Below, piece by piece: positions 9,367 through 18,123 of a stretch of 64,000 nucleotides of DNA. Source of the stretch: an uncultured Pseudomonadales bacterium (GTDB lineage Bacteria > Patescibacteriota > Microgenomatia > UBA1400 > PJMF01); NCBI GenBank assembly GCA_964393205.1, contig CAYMSV010000003.1, positions 98,608-162,607 of the forward strand, written 5' to 3'. Position numbers and translations under genes: made by a program. Under the pieces are notes generated by a model, which made no database searches, was not told where the DNA came from, and saw only the letters and a list, made by a program, of their open reading frames with translations. Position 1 is the first letter of the stretch, and each line of letters starts with the position of its first letter.

Positions 9367-10827
9367 ATGGAAGATAATCAGTTGCCAATTCGTACTAGAA
9401 TGGCTCCTAGTCCTACTGGAGAGATGCATGTTGCTAGTATGGCAACTTTATTAAAAAATTACGCCTATGCTAAGCGCCATCAAGGCCAGTTTATTTTGAG
9501 AATCGAAGACACCGATAAAAATAGAGAGGTGGCTGGTGGAGTAAAAAATATCCAAGACATTATTAAACAATATGGTTTGGATTGGGATGAGGGTCCGGGT
9601 AAAGGAGGTCCTTGTGGCCCATACATTCAGTCTCAGCGTTTAAGTATTTACCAAGAAAAAGCTAAAGAATTGGTTGAAAAGGGCAAAGCTTATTATTGTT
9701 TTTGCTCAAAAGAGCGTTTAGAAAAGGTTCGTCAGGAACAACAGAATCAACACCAGGCACCTCGTTATGATCAACACTGTCGTCACTTAGAAAAGTCTGA
9801 AGTGGAAAAGCGGCTTGCAGTTGGAGAAGCTCATGTAATTCGACTGAAAGTTCCAGAAAATCAAGAAATTAGTTTTACAGATTTATTGCGTGGAGAGATT
9901 ACTTTTAATTCTAGTCAGGTTGATGATCAGGTTTTATTAAAATCAGATGGTTATCCTACTTATCATCTTGCAGTCGTGGTCGACGATAGTTTAATGAAAA
10001 TTAGTCACGTTATGAGGGGCGAAGAATGGATTAGTTCTACGCCAAAACATGTTTTATTATATCGAGCCTTTAACTGGCCTATGCCGGTATTTGCACATTT
10101 TCCACTATTTTTAAACCCAGACGGAAAAGGCAAGATGAGTAAGAGAAAGGGTACTGTTTCTGCACAGTCCTTTTTAGATCGAGGCTATTTACCAGAAGCA
10201 GTACTTAATTTTTTAATGATTTTGGGTTGGTCTCCAGCTGATCAGAGAGAAATAATTAGCTTGGATGAGTATATTAAAGAATTTAATCCTAGTGATTTAA
10301 GCATGAACTCGGTAGTGTTTGATATTAAAAAACTTAATTGGATTAATGGAATTTACATTCGTCGTTTGCCTAAAGAAGAGTTGAAAAAGCGAATTCAAGC
10401 ATTTATTCCTGAGGAATTTCCTCTTGAGAAATTTGATCTTATTTTATCTTTGGTTTATGAGCGCTTGGTAACTTTAGCTGATTTTGATGAATTAACTAAT
10501 TTTTTCTATCAAGAAATTGACTATGAGACGAAGTTATTGTTTAAAAAAGCTAATGGTCAACAGGACTTACTCAATAAACAGATTCAATTAACTAGAGATT
10601 TAATTAAAAATTTATCTGACTTTAATTTAGAAAGTCTAGAACGAGGAATCAGAGAATTACAGGAAGAGAACGATTGGCATAAGGGACAGTATTTTATGAT
10701 GTTGCGTATTGCTATGACTGGTAAAACTGCTACTCCACCCCTGTTTGAAACAATGTTGGTTTTAGAACAAGAACTAATTTTAAAAAGATTAGCTTTAGCT
10801 ACAGAAAAAATAGAGAATTATGGATAA
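9367..10827 (+). CDS. gltX: Glutamate--tRNA ligase
   Basis: RMAPSPTG, LRIEDTD, YYCFCS, PTYHLAVVVDD, HVMRGEEW, KMSKR. Confidence 0.97.
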   Translation: MEDNQLPIRTRMAPSPTGEMHVASMATLLKNYAYAKRHQGQFILRIEDTDKNREVAGGVKNIQDIIKQYGLDWDEGPGKGGPCGPYIQSQRLSIYQEKAKELVEKGKAYYCFCSKERLEKVRQEQQNQHQAPRYDQHCRHLEKSEVEKRLAVGEAHVIRLKVPENQEISFTDLLRGEITFNSSQVDDQVLLKSDGYPTYHLAVVVDDSLMKISHVMRGEEWISSTPKHVLLYRAFNWPMPVFAHFPLFLNPDGKGKMSKRKGTVSAQSFLDRGYLPEAVLNFLMILGWSPADQREIISLDEYIKEFNPSDLSMNSVVFDIKKLNWINGIYIRRLPKEELKKRIQAFIPEEFPLEKFDLILSLVYERLVTLADFDELTNFFYQEIDYETKLLFKKANGQQDLLNKQIQLTRDLIKNLSDFNLESLERGIRELQEENDWHKGQYFMMLRIAMTGKTATPPLFETMLVLEQELILKRLALATEKIENYG

Positions 10828-11644
10828 GAAGAAAACAGCCAATCTTAAAAATGGCTCTCAACAACTAGTGGCAGGCTTGGCGATGGCTGGTCAAGTGGCG
10901 ATGATGAATCCTCACGTCGTGAACGAAATGTTGCCCGATCAAGCTGTCTATGCTAAAACTGGTCGAGAAAAAGATGAAGATTTAGCACTGGATTTATCTG
11001 CTACTGAGTATCAGGAAATTATTGCCAAGCTAAACTCTCATGTTAGTGGACCAGCAGGTCATTTAGAAACAGAAACTCAATTATATCTAGAACAACAATT
11101 AAGTTTAATTTTAGGATTTGATGTGCGTCATGAGCTAGATGGTAAAAAATTAAATCACAGTATCGGTATTATGGGTGGGGAACAACACTTAATGCGTTAT
11201 CCTGGTGATACTTTGGACAAACACGATGCTTATCAGGAAGCGGGTATGGCACCAAAACGGGGAGCCTTTTCTTGGTTTACTGAGGCGGGTCAATTGAGTG
11301 AAGAAGCAATCATGAGAGAAAAATATTATTTTGCAGTCCAACTGATGTATTTATCCAATTGGAATCAAGATTATCCAGAACTGAAGCCTTGGTATAAATA
11401 TCGAAAAATGATAATGATTAATCCCAGCGAACAAATAGCTGTGGTGGGAGTGGTAGCCGATGCTGGCCCAGCGGCTTGGGTGCAAAAACAATTTGGAGGT
11501 TCACCAGAAGTAATCAGAGAGGGTAAAGTTTGGTCAAATAATAGTCGAGGTAGAGTGATGCTTTTATTTGTTGATGATATAGAAAATAAAATTCCTTTAG
11601 GTCCAATTGATATTAGTTTTGCAGCTAAAGTTTCTGCCCAGTGA
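10820..11644 (+). CDS. Hypothetical protein, possible RlpA-like double-psi beta-barrel C-terminus
   Basis: Overlaps the gltX end. C-terminal VVGVVADAGPAAWVQKQFGGSPEV resembles the DPBB V.D.GP...DLSP motif. Confidence 0.75.
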   Translation: MDKKKTANLKNGSQQLVAGLAMAGQVAMMNPHVVNEMLPDQAVYAKTGREKDEDLALDLSATEYQEIIAKLNSHVSGPAGHLETETQLYLEQQLSLILGFDVRHELDGKKLNHSIGIMGGEQHLMRYPGDTLDKHDAYQEAGMAPKRGAFSWFTEAGQLSEEAIMREKYYFAVQLMYLSNWNQDYPELKPWYKYRKMIMINPSEQIAVVGVVADAGPAAWVQKQFGGSPEVIREGKVWSNNSRGRVMLLFVDDIENKIPLGPIDISFAAKVSAQ

Positions 11645-11654
11645 GAAATTAAAT

Positions 11655-12050
11655 ATGATTAAAAGTAATTTATTTATTGGTTCTCGTTATCCAGTTAATC
11701 GTCGAAAAATTCGACAAACTGTAGAAAAAATTTTAAAACAACATGGTGTAGAACACGCTCAGGTCGACATTTCCGTAGTTGGAGGACGCAAGATTAAGAA
11801 GTTAAATGAAGAACAACTTGGTCATTCAGGAGCTACTGATGTTTTGTCATTTCCTCAACATGATAAGGGAAAACTAGAAGAGACTCCTTTGCCTAAAGAG
11901 CTTCCCCCTCATTTGGGAGATGTGGTGATTAGTTTTCCCGAGGCAGTGAAAACTGCTCGTCGTTTTGGAAGGTTGGTAGATGAACAAATTAATTTTTATC
12001 TAGAACATGGTCTCATGCATCTTTTAGGTTATCATCACGATGACCATTAA
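11655..12050 (+). CDS. ybeY: rRNA maturation endoribonuclease YbeY
   Basis: ATDVLSFP, LGDVVIS, HGLMHLLGYHH (H-x3-H-x5-H). Confidence 0.95.
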   Translation: MIKSNLFIGSRYPVNRRKIRQTVEKILKQHGVEHAQVDISVVGGRKIKKLNEEQLGHSGATDVLSFPQHDKGKLEETPLPKELPPHLGDVVISFPEAVKTARRFGRLVDEQINFYLEHGLMHLLGYHHDDH

Positions 12051-12080
12051 ACACTTTAATATGTTAAACTAAAATTACTT

Positions 12081-13628
12081 ATGGCTTGGTATCGTAAATA
12101 TCGTCCAAAAACAATCGCTGAACTGGATATTACTCGGGTTAGAGAGAGTCTACAGGCGATGATGAAGGCTGGCAAAATTCCCCAATCCTTAATATTTGCT
12201 GGTCCCAAAGGAACTGGCAAAACCTCTGCTTCACGCATCATAGCTTCGCTACTTAATGATCAAAAAAACGAAGATTTGGTTGATCAATTATATTTTGGCA
12301 AAGAAAATAACAAAAAGAAGAAATTAGTTTTTCAAGAACCAGATCCTAATTCGACTTTGGCTAAAAAAGTTTATGAGGGACAATCTTTTTTGGTGCACGA
12401 GTTGGACGCAGCTAGCAACCGAGGCATTGATGATATTAGGCTCCTAAAAGAAAGAATAGTTTTACCACCTCAGGGAGCTAAAATGGCAGTTTACATTTTA
12501 GATGAAGTGCATATGTTAACTACAGAGGCCTTCAATGCTTTTTTAAAGGTTTTAGAAGAGCCACCTCAACATGTGGTTTTTATTTTAGCTACTACAGAGT
12601 TGCAAAAATTGCCCTCTACAATAGTGTCGCGTTGTACTTTACTAGATTTTAATAAGGCTAGTGAAGAAGAGATAGTTAAGGCGCTGGAGCGAATATTAAA
12701 AACAGAAAAAATTGATTACAAGAAGAAAGATTTAATAAGTATCGCTCATCGGGCTGATGGAAGTTTTCGTGATGCAGTCAAAAATTTAGAGCTAGCTTGT
12801 CAGAGTGGTAAGCTCGATATCAATATAATTAACTCATATCTTGGTCAAGACAATTTAATTTATATCAAACAACTGTTATCTTTATTATTAGCCAAAGACG
12901 CTCCGGCAATTAGTCAGTTGTTTGTAGAGTTACGAGCTAAAAACTATCAGCAAAAAACTTTTTATAAAGATTTGCTAGAGTTTTTACACGATGATTTATT
13001 AATAAATCTAGGAGTGAAAAAAGGCTCAGCCTTTGCAGAACAAAAAATAGATCATTTTTTATTAAAAGAGTTGAGTAATATAGATTTGCAGCAAGAACTA
13101 CCAATTACTTTTTTAGCCTTAGAATTAGTTTTTTTAGCTATTATTGATAGGTCAATTGAACAAACAAAAAATGGTAAAAACACTAAAGGGGGTGGAAGTT
13201 CCTCGACACAAAAAAAACCAATTTTTAAAAAAAGCAAAAAAAAAATTCAAATAGAAGCTGAATTTATTAAAGAAAGTGTTGTAGAAAACGATGATGCTGT
13301 TGAAAATGGTGTTTTAAAACATTCTCTTTCTGTTTCTTCAGCGTCTGAATTATGGCAAAAACTATTGGAGTTTGTTGCCCAAGAAAATTTCTCGCTATCG
13401 GCACTTTTACAAGCCTGTAAACTAGAAGGTGTAATTGATGGTACAGCTAGAATTTTAGTTTTCTATGATTTTCATAAGGAACAATTAGAACAACAAAAAT
13501 ATAGAAATTTGCTACATCAGAGTTGTCAAAGTATTTTGGGAGAAGCTCTTCAGTTTGACTTTGTTTTAAGCAAGCCGGTGAAGGTTGAAAATGATTTGCT
13601 AGAGACAGCTAAGGATGTTTTGATATAA
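12081..13628 (+). CDS. dnaX: DNA polymerase III subunit gamma/tau
   Basis: YRKYRP, Walker A GPKGTGKTS, ELDAASNRG, DEVHML, SRC motif. Extended -10 TGTTAAACT at 12062-12070. Confidence 0.96.
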   Translation: MAWYRKYRPKTIAELDITRVRESLQAMMKAGKIPQSLIFAGPKGTGKTSASRIIASLLNDQKNEDLVDQLYFGKENNKKKKLVFQEPDPNSTLAKKVYEGQSFLVHELDAASNRGIDDIRLLKERIVLPPQGAKMAVYILDEVHMLTTEAFNAFLKVLEEPPQHVVFILATTELQKLPSTIVSRCTLLDFNKASEEEIVKALERILKTEKIDYKKKDLISIAHRADGSFRDAVKNLELACQSGKLDINIINSYLGQDNLIYIKQLLSLLLAKDAPAISQLFVELRAKNYQQKTFYKDLLEFLHDDLLINLGVKKGSAFAEQKIDHFLLKELSNIDLQQELPITFLALELVFLAIIDRSIEQTKNGKNTKGGGSSSTQKKPIFKKSKKKIQIEAEFIKESVVENDDAVENGVLKHSLSVSSASELWQKLLEFVAQENFSLSALLQACKLEGVIDGTARILVFYDFHKEQLEQQKYRNLLHQSCQSILGEALQFDFVLSKPVKVENDLLETAKDVLI

Positions 13629-13673
13629 TCTTATTTAATTAAATATTATCAATTAATATAAAAAGGAAATAAT

Positions 13674-13961
13674 ATGGCAGACAAAGCGGGCTTATTGGGT
13701 CAATTGGGAGATTTAAATAAACTACGCAAGCAGGCTAAGCAAATGCAAAAAGAATTAGCCGCAGAAGAAATCGTAGTTGAAGAAGGAGACATTGTGGTCA
13801 CAATTGCTGGAGACCAAAAAATTAAAGACGTCTCTGTTCAAGGAATTCACAGCGCTGATTTGGTAGATGCTTTAAACAAAGCAATCAAAAAATCTCAAGA
13901 AATTGCTGCTAAAAAATTGCAAACAATGACTGGTGGCTTAGGTGGGATGATGGGTAGATAA
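13674..13961 (+). CDS. ybaB: YbaB/EbfC nucleoid-associated protein
   Basis: 95 aa with QAKQMQKEL and DALNKA, in the conserved position after dnaX. AAGGA SD and TGATATAAT at 13621-13629. Confidence 0.88.
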   Translation: MADKAGLLGQLGDLNKLRKQAKQMQKELAAEEIVVEEGDIVVTIAGDQKIKDVSVQGIHSADLVDALNKAIKKSQEIAAKKLQTMTGGLGGMMGR

Positions 13962-13970
13962 ACTAGCATC

Positions 13971-14579
13971 ATGCATATTTTATTTGCTAGTCAAAATCTT
14001 GGGAAAATTGCTGAAGTTAAGAAAATTTTTAAAGATTACAGATATCGGGTTCTTACTCTCAACGACCAAGAATTACTAGAAGAATTAGGAGTAAAGATTC
14101 CGGCTGGTTTAATTGTTGCTGAGACGGGTAAAACTCTCAAAGCCAATGCCTTGATTAAGGCCCAGTCTTTTCACCAATTAAGTCAATTACCTTGTTTAGC
14201 AGATGACAGTGGTTTATTATTGGAAGCCTTTTCCAATTTTCCTGGAGTAGATTCTAAGCGTTGGTTTAAAGGAACTGATCAGGAGCGAAATTTGGCATTA
14301 TTAAAAAAACTAGAAGGACAAAAAAATCGACGAGCTAAATTTCAAACAGTTTTATGTCTATTTGCTTTTAAGCAAGAAAAACCCTTGTTTTTTGTGGGAG
14401 AAGTTACTGGACGCATAGCTACAGAACCAAGTGGTTCAGCTGGTTTTGGTTATGATCCCTTGTTTATTCCAGATGGCTATAAAGAAACTTTTGCTCAATT
14501 AGGGATAGAAATTAAAAATAAAATTTCTCACCGAGCAAGAGCTTGGCAAGCCCTAGTTGAATATCTTAATAAAAATTAA
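13971..14579 (+). CDS. rdgB: Non-canonical purine NTP pyrophosphatase (RdgB/HAM1)
   Basis: ASQNLGKIAE, ADDSGL, GFGYDPLF, KNKISHR. Confidence 0.95.
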   Translation: MHILFASQNLGKIAEVKKIFKDYRYRVLTLNDQELLEELGVKIPAGLIVAETGKTLKANALIKAQSFHQLSQLPCLADDSGLLLEAFSNFPGVDSKRWFKGTDQERNLALLKKLEGQKNRRAKFQTVLCLFAFKQEKPLFFVGEVTGRIATEPSGSAGFGYDPLFIPDGYKETFAQLGIEIKNKISHRARAWQALVEYLNKN

Positions 14580-15646
14580 GCTATGGTGATTTGTTCTTCC
14601 AAATAGACGTCTTGTACAGCGCGAAGTAAATTTACTCCCTCAGTCATTGCTCGTTTAAAAGCCTTTCGTCCTAAAATCAGGCCAGCACCACCGGCTCTTT
14701 TGTTAATAACTGCATTTTTTACTGCTGCTTTTAAATCTTTTTGAAAATCACCTTCAGAATTACTTTCTCCTCCAGAGTTGAGTAGTGGAATCTTACCAGC
14801 AAAACAGTTGATAACTTGTAAGCGCACCATATCTATCGGGTTTTCGGTGCTAAGCGATTCATACATTTCATCATTATATTTGGCAAATTTGAGTTGACGA
14901 AAAGCACCATCAGTACTAGGCATTTTTTGTTTAATGATGTCAGCACCAATAGTCACTCCCAAACGATTAGCCTGAGAAGTGATATCTGCACTTGAGTTAT
15001 AATCAGTATCCTTAGTTTTCCAAGCGATATTGCGTGGATAACACCAAAGAATGGTTGCCATGCCTAATTGATGAGCTTCATGAAAAATTTTAGCAATTTC
15101 TGTTAATTGTCGGTTACTTTCTGTAGAACCAAAGTAGATAGTGGCACCAATGGCCACTGCTCCAAGCTCGTAAGCTTGTTTGGCTTGTGCAAAAACATTT
15201 TGATCCCATTTATTAGGATAGGTTAAAAGTTCGTTATGATTGATTTTGACGATGAATGGAATTTTATCGGCATATTTTTTACTGAGTAGAGCAAGAGCAC
15301 CAAAACTAGAAACAAGAGCGCTACTTTCAGCTTCAAGAGCTAGTTTAACAATATTTTCTGGGTCAAAGTAGATTGGGTTTTTATAGAATGAGTAATTAGC
15401 CGTATGCTCAATATCTTGATCGACCGGTAAAATTGACAAATAACCAGTGTTGGCTAATCGACCATGTCCATAAATTTTTTCTAAACTTTCAATTACTTTC
15501 TCACTACGATTGGATTGGGAGAAAATATCTCTAACTTGATTTGGATTAACTTGATAAACCAAATCTTTTGTTAATTTATTGCATCGATGAGCCAATAAAT
15601 ACTTGGCCTCTTTTTCTAAGAGTTTGGCTGTTTCTTCGTAAGTCAT
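14576..15646 (-). CDS. fbaB: Class I fructose-bisphosphate aldolase
   Basis: GRLANTGYLSILPVDQ, KINHNELLTYP, GATIYFGS, ADIIKQK (Schiff-base Lys), NKRAGG.GLILGRKAF. Confidence 0.94.
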   Translation of the reverse strand: MTYEETAKLLEKEAKYLLAHRCNKLTKDLVYQVNPNQVRDIFSQSNRSEKVIESLEKIYGHGRLANTGYLSILPVDQDIEHTANYSFYKNPIYFDPENIVKLALEAESSALVSSFGALALLSKKYADKIPFIVKINHNELLTYPNKWDQNVFAQAKQAYELGAVAIGATIYFGSTESNRQLTEIAKIFHEAHQLGMATILWCYPRNIAWKTKDTDYNSSADITSQANRLGVTIGADIIKQKMPSTDGAFRQLKFAKYNDEMYESLSTENPIDMVRLQVINCFAGKIPLLNSGGESNSEGDFQKDLKAAVKNAVINKRAGGAGLILGRKAFKRAMTEGVNLLRAVQDVYLEEQITIA

Positions 15647-15649
15647 GGT

Positions 15650-16177
15650 TTATTTACTTTTTTTAGTTTTTTTGGAACTAGTTGTTTTTTTCTTCTCAAT
15701 TTTTATAAATTCTGGACGAATTTCATATAGTAAATAAAAACTAATTACAGCCGAAATAAGCAAGCCAAAAAGACCACCCCAGCCTAAAATTAGTACAACT
15801 AAGCTTTCAGCAAGGGACAAAATAGCTGATAAAAAGAGTAATAGCCAACCCTCATATTCTTTGTTTTTTAAAGGTTTATAGGCCATTAAATAAAGAGCAC
15901 CCATTAAAGCAGTGAAGATGCCAGAAACATAATAATAAGCTCGACTAACCTGAGCCCATTGCATTATCCAAGATTGAGTTCGATTGAAAATAAAAATATT
16001 TTGTAGAGCACTAATAATACTAAAAATTCCACCGATTAATACCAAGAATGGTAAGATTTTAACAATAGTTTCAATCCATTTTTTGGGCAAGTGAGGTAGT
16101 TCTTTAAATAAAGGAACACCTTTATCAGCCAAATCTTTAACATTTTTATTATAGAGAAGGGAAGATTTTTTTTGCAT
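15650..16177 (-). CDS. Hypothetical membrane protein (about 4 TM)
   Basis: Four hydrophobic helices and a basic tail. Confidence 0.8.
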   Translation of the reverse strand: MQKKSSLLYNKNVKDLADKGVPLFKELPHLPKKWIETIVKILPFLVLIGGIFSIISALQNIFIFNRTQSWIMQWAQVSRAYYYVSGIFTALMGALYLMAYKPLKNKEYEGWLLLFLSAILSLAESLVVLILGWGGLFGLLISAVISFYLLYEIRPEFIKIEKKKTTSSKKTKKSK

Positions 16178-16360
16178 AATAAATCATTTTAACAAAAATT
16201 TTAAGTTTTTGACAGCGTTTGTTTTAAATTTCAGTTGATGTAGAGCAAAGTTTAAAGTCTAAAGATAAATAGAATTAATTTGCGAAAATTGAGTTTTTTT
16301 GCTATTCTTAGTGACTTCTAAGAAAAAAATAAAAATAATTAATATATAATTAAGTTTGAA

Positions 16361-17392
16361 ATGTCAAAAATTAAAAAATTCTTTAGCAAAAAAAATTGGA
16401 AACTATTAATCATTATTGCTGCAGTTGTTCTTTTAGGAATAGTGTTTTTTTGGAATCGTCAAAAAAACCAAGAAACTCAGTTTCTTGAACAGCAAGTAGA
16501 GCGACAAGATATTACTCAAAGCTTGGTTTTATCAGGGACTTTGGATGCAAAAGAGCGCGTTTATCTTAATTTTTTGGCCGGTGGCAAATTGGTTTATTTG
16601 GGCGCAGAAGAAGGTGATTGGGTGAAAAAGTGGCAAACTATTGCCAGTATTGATGCTCGAGATTTACAAAAGAATTTGGAAAAAAATCTTAACTTTTATG
16701 AAAACCGTCGTTTTGATTGGGATGCTCAAGTTGAAGAAGATAAGGATCAAGTTTTAACTGATGATGAAATTAGAGCACGTAAGCAAGATCAGAATCTCTT
16801 GGACAATACTGTTTTAGATGTTGAGTTGATTAGTGTTGCAACAACTAATAGAGTTATGACAGCCCCATTTGCTGGGATATTATTAAGCATGCCAAGTCAG
16901 GTGACTGGTGTAACGCTTGCACCAAGCGATGTTTTTGAGTTGGTTAATCCCCAAACCTTATTAGTCAGGGCAGAGCTTGACGAGATAGATCTTTCTCTAG
17001 TTAGTTTGGGTCAGGGTGCCAATCTAATTTTTGATGCTTATCCAGAAGAAACAATTAGAAGTGAGATAATTTTTATAGCTTTAAAAAGTACTATGGGAAG
17101 TACGGGTACAGTTTTTAAACTTGAGTTGCCAATGATAGGGGTTGAGGATTTAAGTAAATATCGTTTAGGAATGAATGCTGACGTGGAAATAGAATTGGCA
17201 AAAAAAACTGAAGTTTTAGCGATACCCTTAGAGGCTATCAGCTCTCAAGAAGGTCAAACAGTGGTTAAAGTTAAGGACCAGAGTCGTCAAGGATATGAGG
17301 AAAGAGTGGTGGAGTTGGGTTTAGAAAGTGATGAAATGGCAGAAATTAAGAGTGGTTTAACAGAAGGTGAAATCATTCTCATTGAAAATTAA
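16361..17392 (+). CDS. MacA-like membrane fusion/adaptor protein
   Basis: N-terminal TM, lipoyl halves (EGDWVKK; APFAG), ELDEIDL, LGMNADVEI, GLTEGE. Confidence 0.9.
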   Translation: MSKIKKFFSKKNWKLLIIIAAVVLLGIVFFWNRQKNQETQFLEQQVERQDITQSLVLSGTLDAKERVYLNFLAGGKLVYLGAEEGDWVKKWQTIASIDARDLQKNLEKNLNFYENRRFDWDAQVEEDKDQVLTDDEIRARKQDQNLLDNTVLDVELISVATTNRVMTAPFAGILLSMPSQVTGVTLAPSDVFELVNPQTLLVRAELDEIDLSLVSLGQGANLIFDAYPEETIRSEIIFIALKSTMGSTGTVFKLELPMIGVEDLSKYRLGMNADVEIELAKKTEVLAIPLEAISSQEGQTVVKVKDQSRQGYEERVVELGLESDEMAEIKSGLTEGEIILIEN

Positions 17393-17400
17393 TTTAAATT

Positions 17401-18123
17401 ATGGCCAAGACGAAAAAGCGACTTAATGCCATTTTAGAACTTAAACAAGTTTCTAAAATTTATACTTTAGGTAAACAAAAAATTCCAGCTTTAAATAAAC
17501 TTTCTTTGAGTATTTGTGAAGGGGACTTTGTGGTGATTATGGGTCCTTCTGGATCTGGAAAATCAACTTTTTTGCAAGTAGCTAGTATGTTGTCTTACCC
17601 CACAAAAGGCGAGATCTTTTTAAAAAAGAAAAACGTTACCGATTACGATGAAATAGAAAGAGCGCGTCTGCGTAATCAAGAAATTGGTTTTATATTTCAA
17701 CAATTTAATTTATTGGCAAAAACCTCAGCAGTGGAACAAGTAGCTTTGCCATTGGTTTATGCTGGAGCGTCTGAAACAGAGAGAAAGAAAAGAGCGACAG
17801 CAATGTTGGAAAAAGTTGGTTTAGGAGATCGCTTACTGAATAAACCCGGAGAGTTATCTGGAGGACAACAACAGCGAGTAGCAATTGCTAGAGCCTTAGT
17901 TAATAACCCCAGTATTGTTTTTGCTGATGAACCAACTGGAAATTTAGATTCAAAATCTGGAGGAGAAATTAAGAAGATTTTGGTTGATTTAAATAAAGAA
18001 GGAAAGACCATTATTTTAGTTACTCATGATGAAAATGTGGCTAAAATAGCTAAACGTGAAGTTTTTATTAAAGATGGTCAAGTTGTCAAAGACGTGAGAT
18101 TGGACGGAAAAAAATGCTTTTAA
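17401..18123 (+). CDS. ABC transporter ATP-binding protein (MacB/LolD type)
   Basis: GPSGSGKST, LSGGQQQRVAIARAL, DEPTGNLD, VTHD. Confidence 0.96.
   Translation: MAKTKKRLNAILELKQVSKIYTLGKQKIPALNKLSLSICEGDFVVIMGPSGSGKSTFLQVASMLSYPTKGEIFLKKKNVTDYDEIERARLRNQEIGFIFQQFNLLAKTSAVEQVALPLVYAGASETERKKRATAMLEKVGLGDRLLNKPGELSGGQQQRVAIARALVNNPSIVFADEPTGNLDSKSGGEIKKILVDLNKEGKTIILVTHDENVAKIAKREVFIKDGQVVKDVRLDGKKCF

Noticed and set aside
16178-16360. Longest AT-rich intergenic gap, examined for ncRNA, origin or CRISPR
   Set aside because: No repeats, DnaA-box cluster or stable structure seen; explained by divergent promoters (e.g. TGCTATTCT at 16300-16308).
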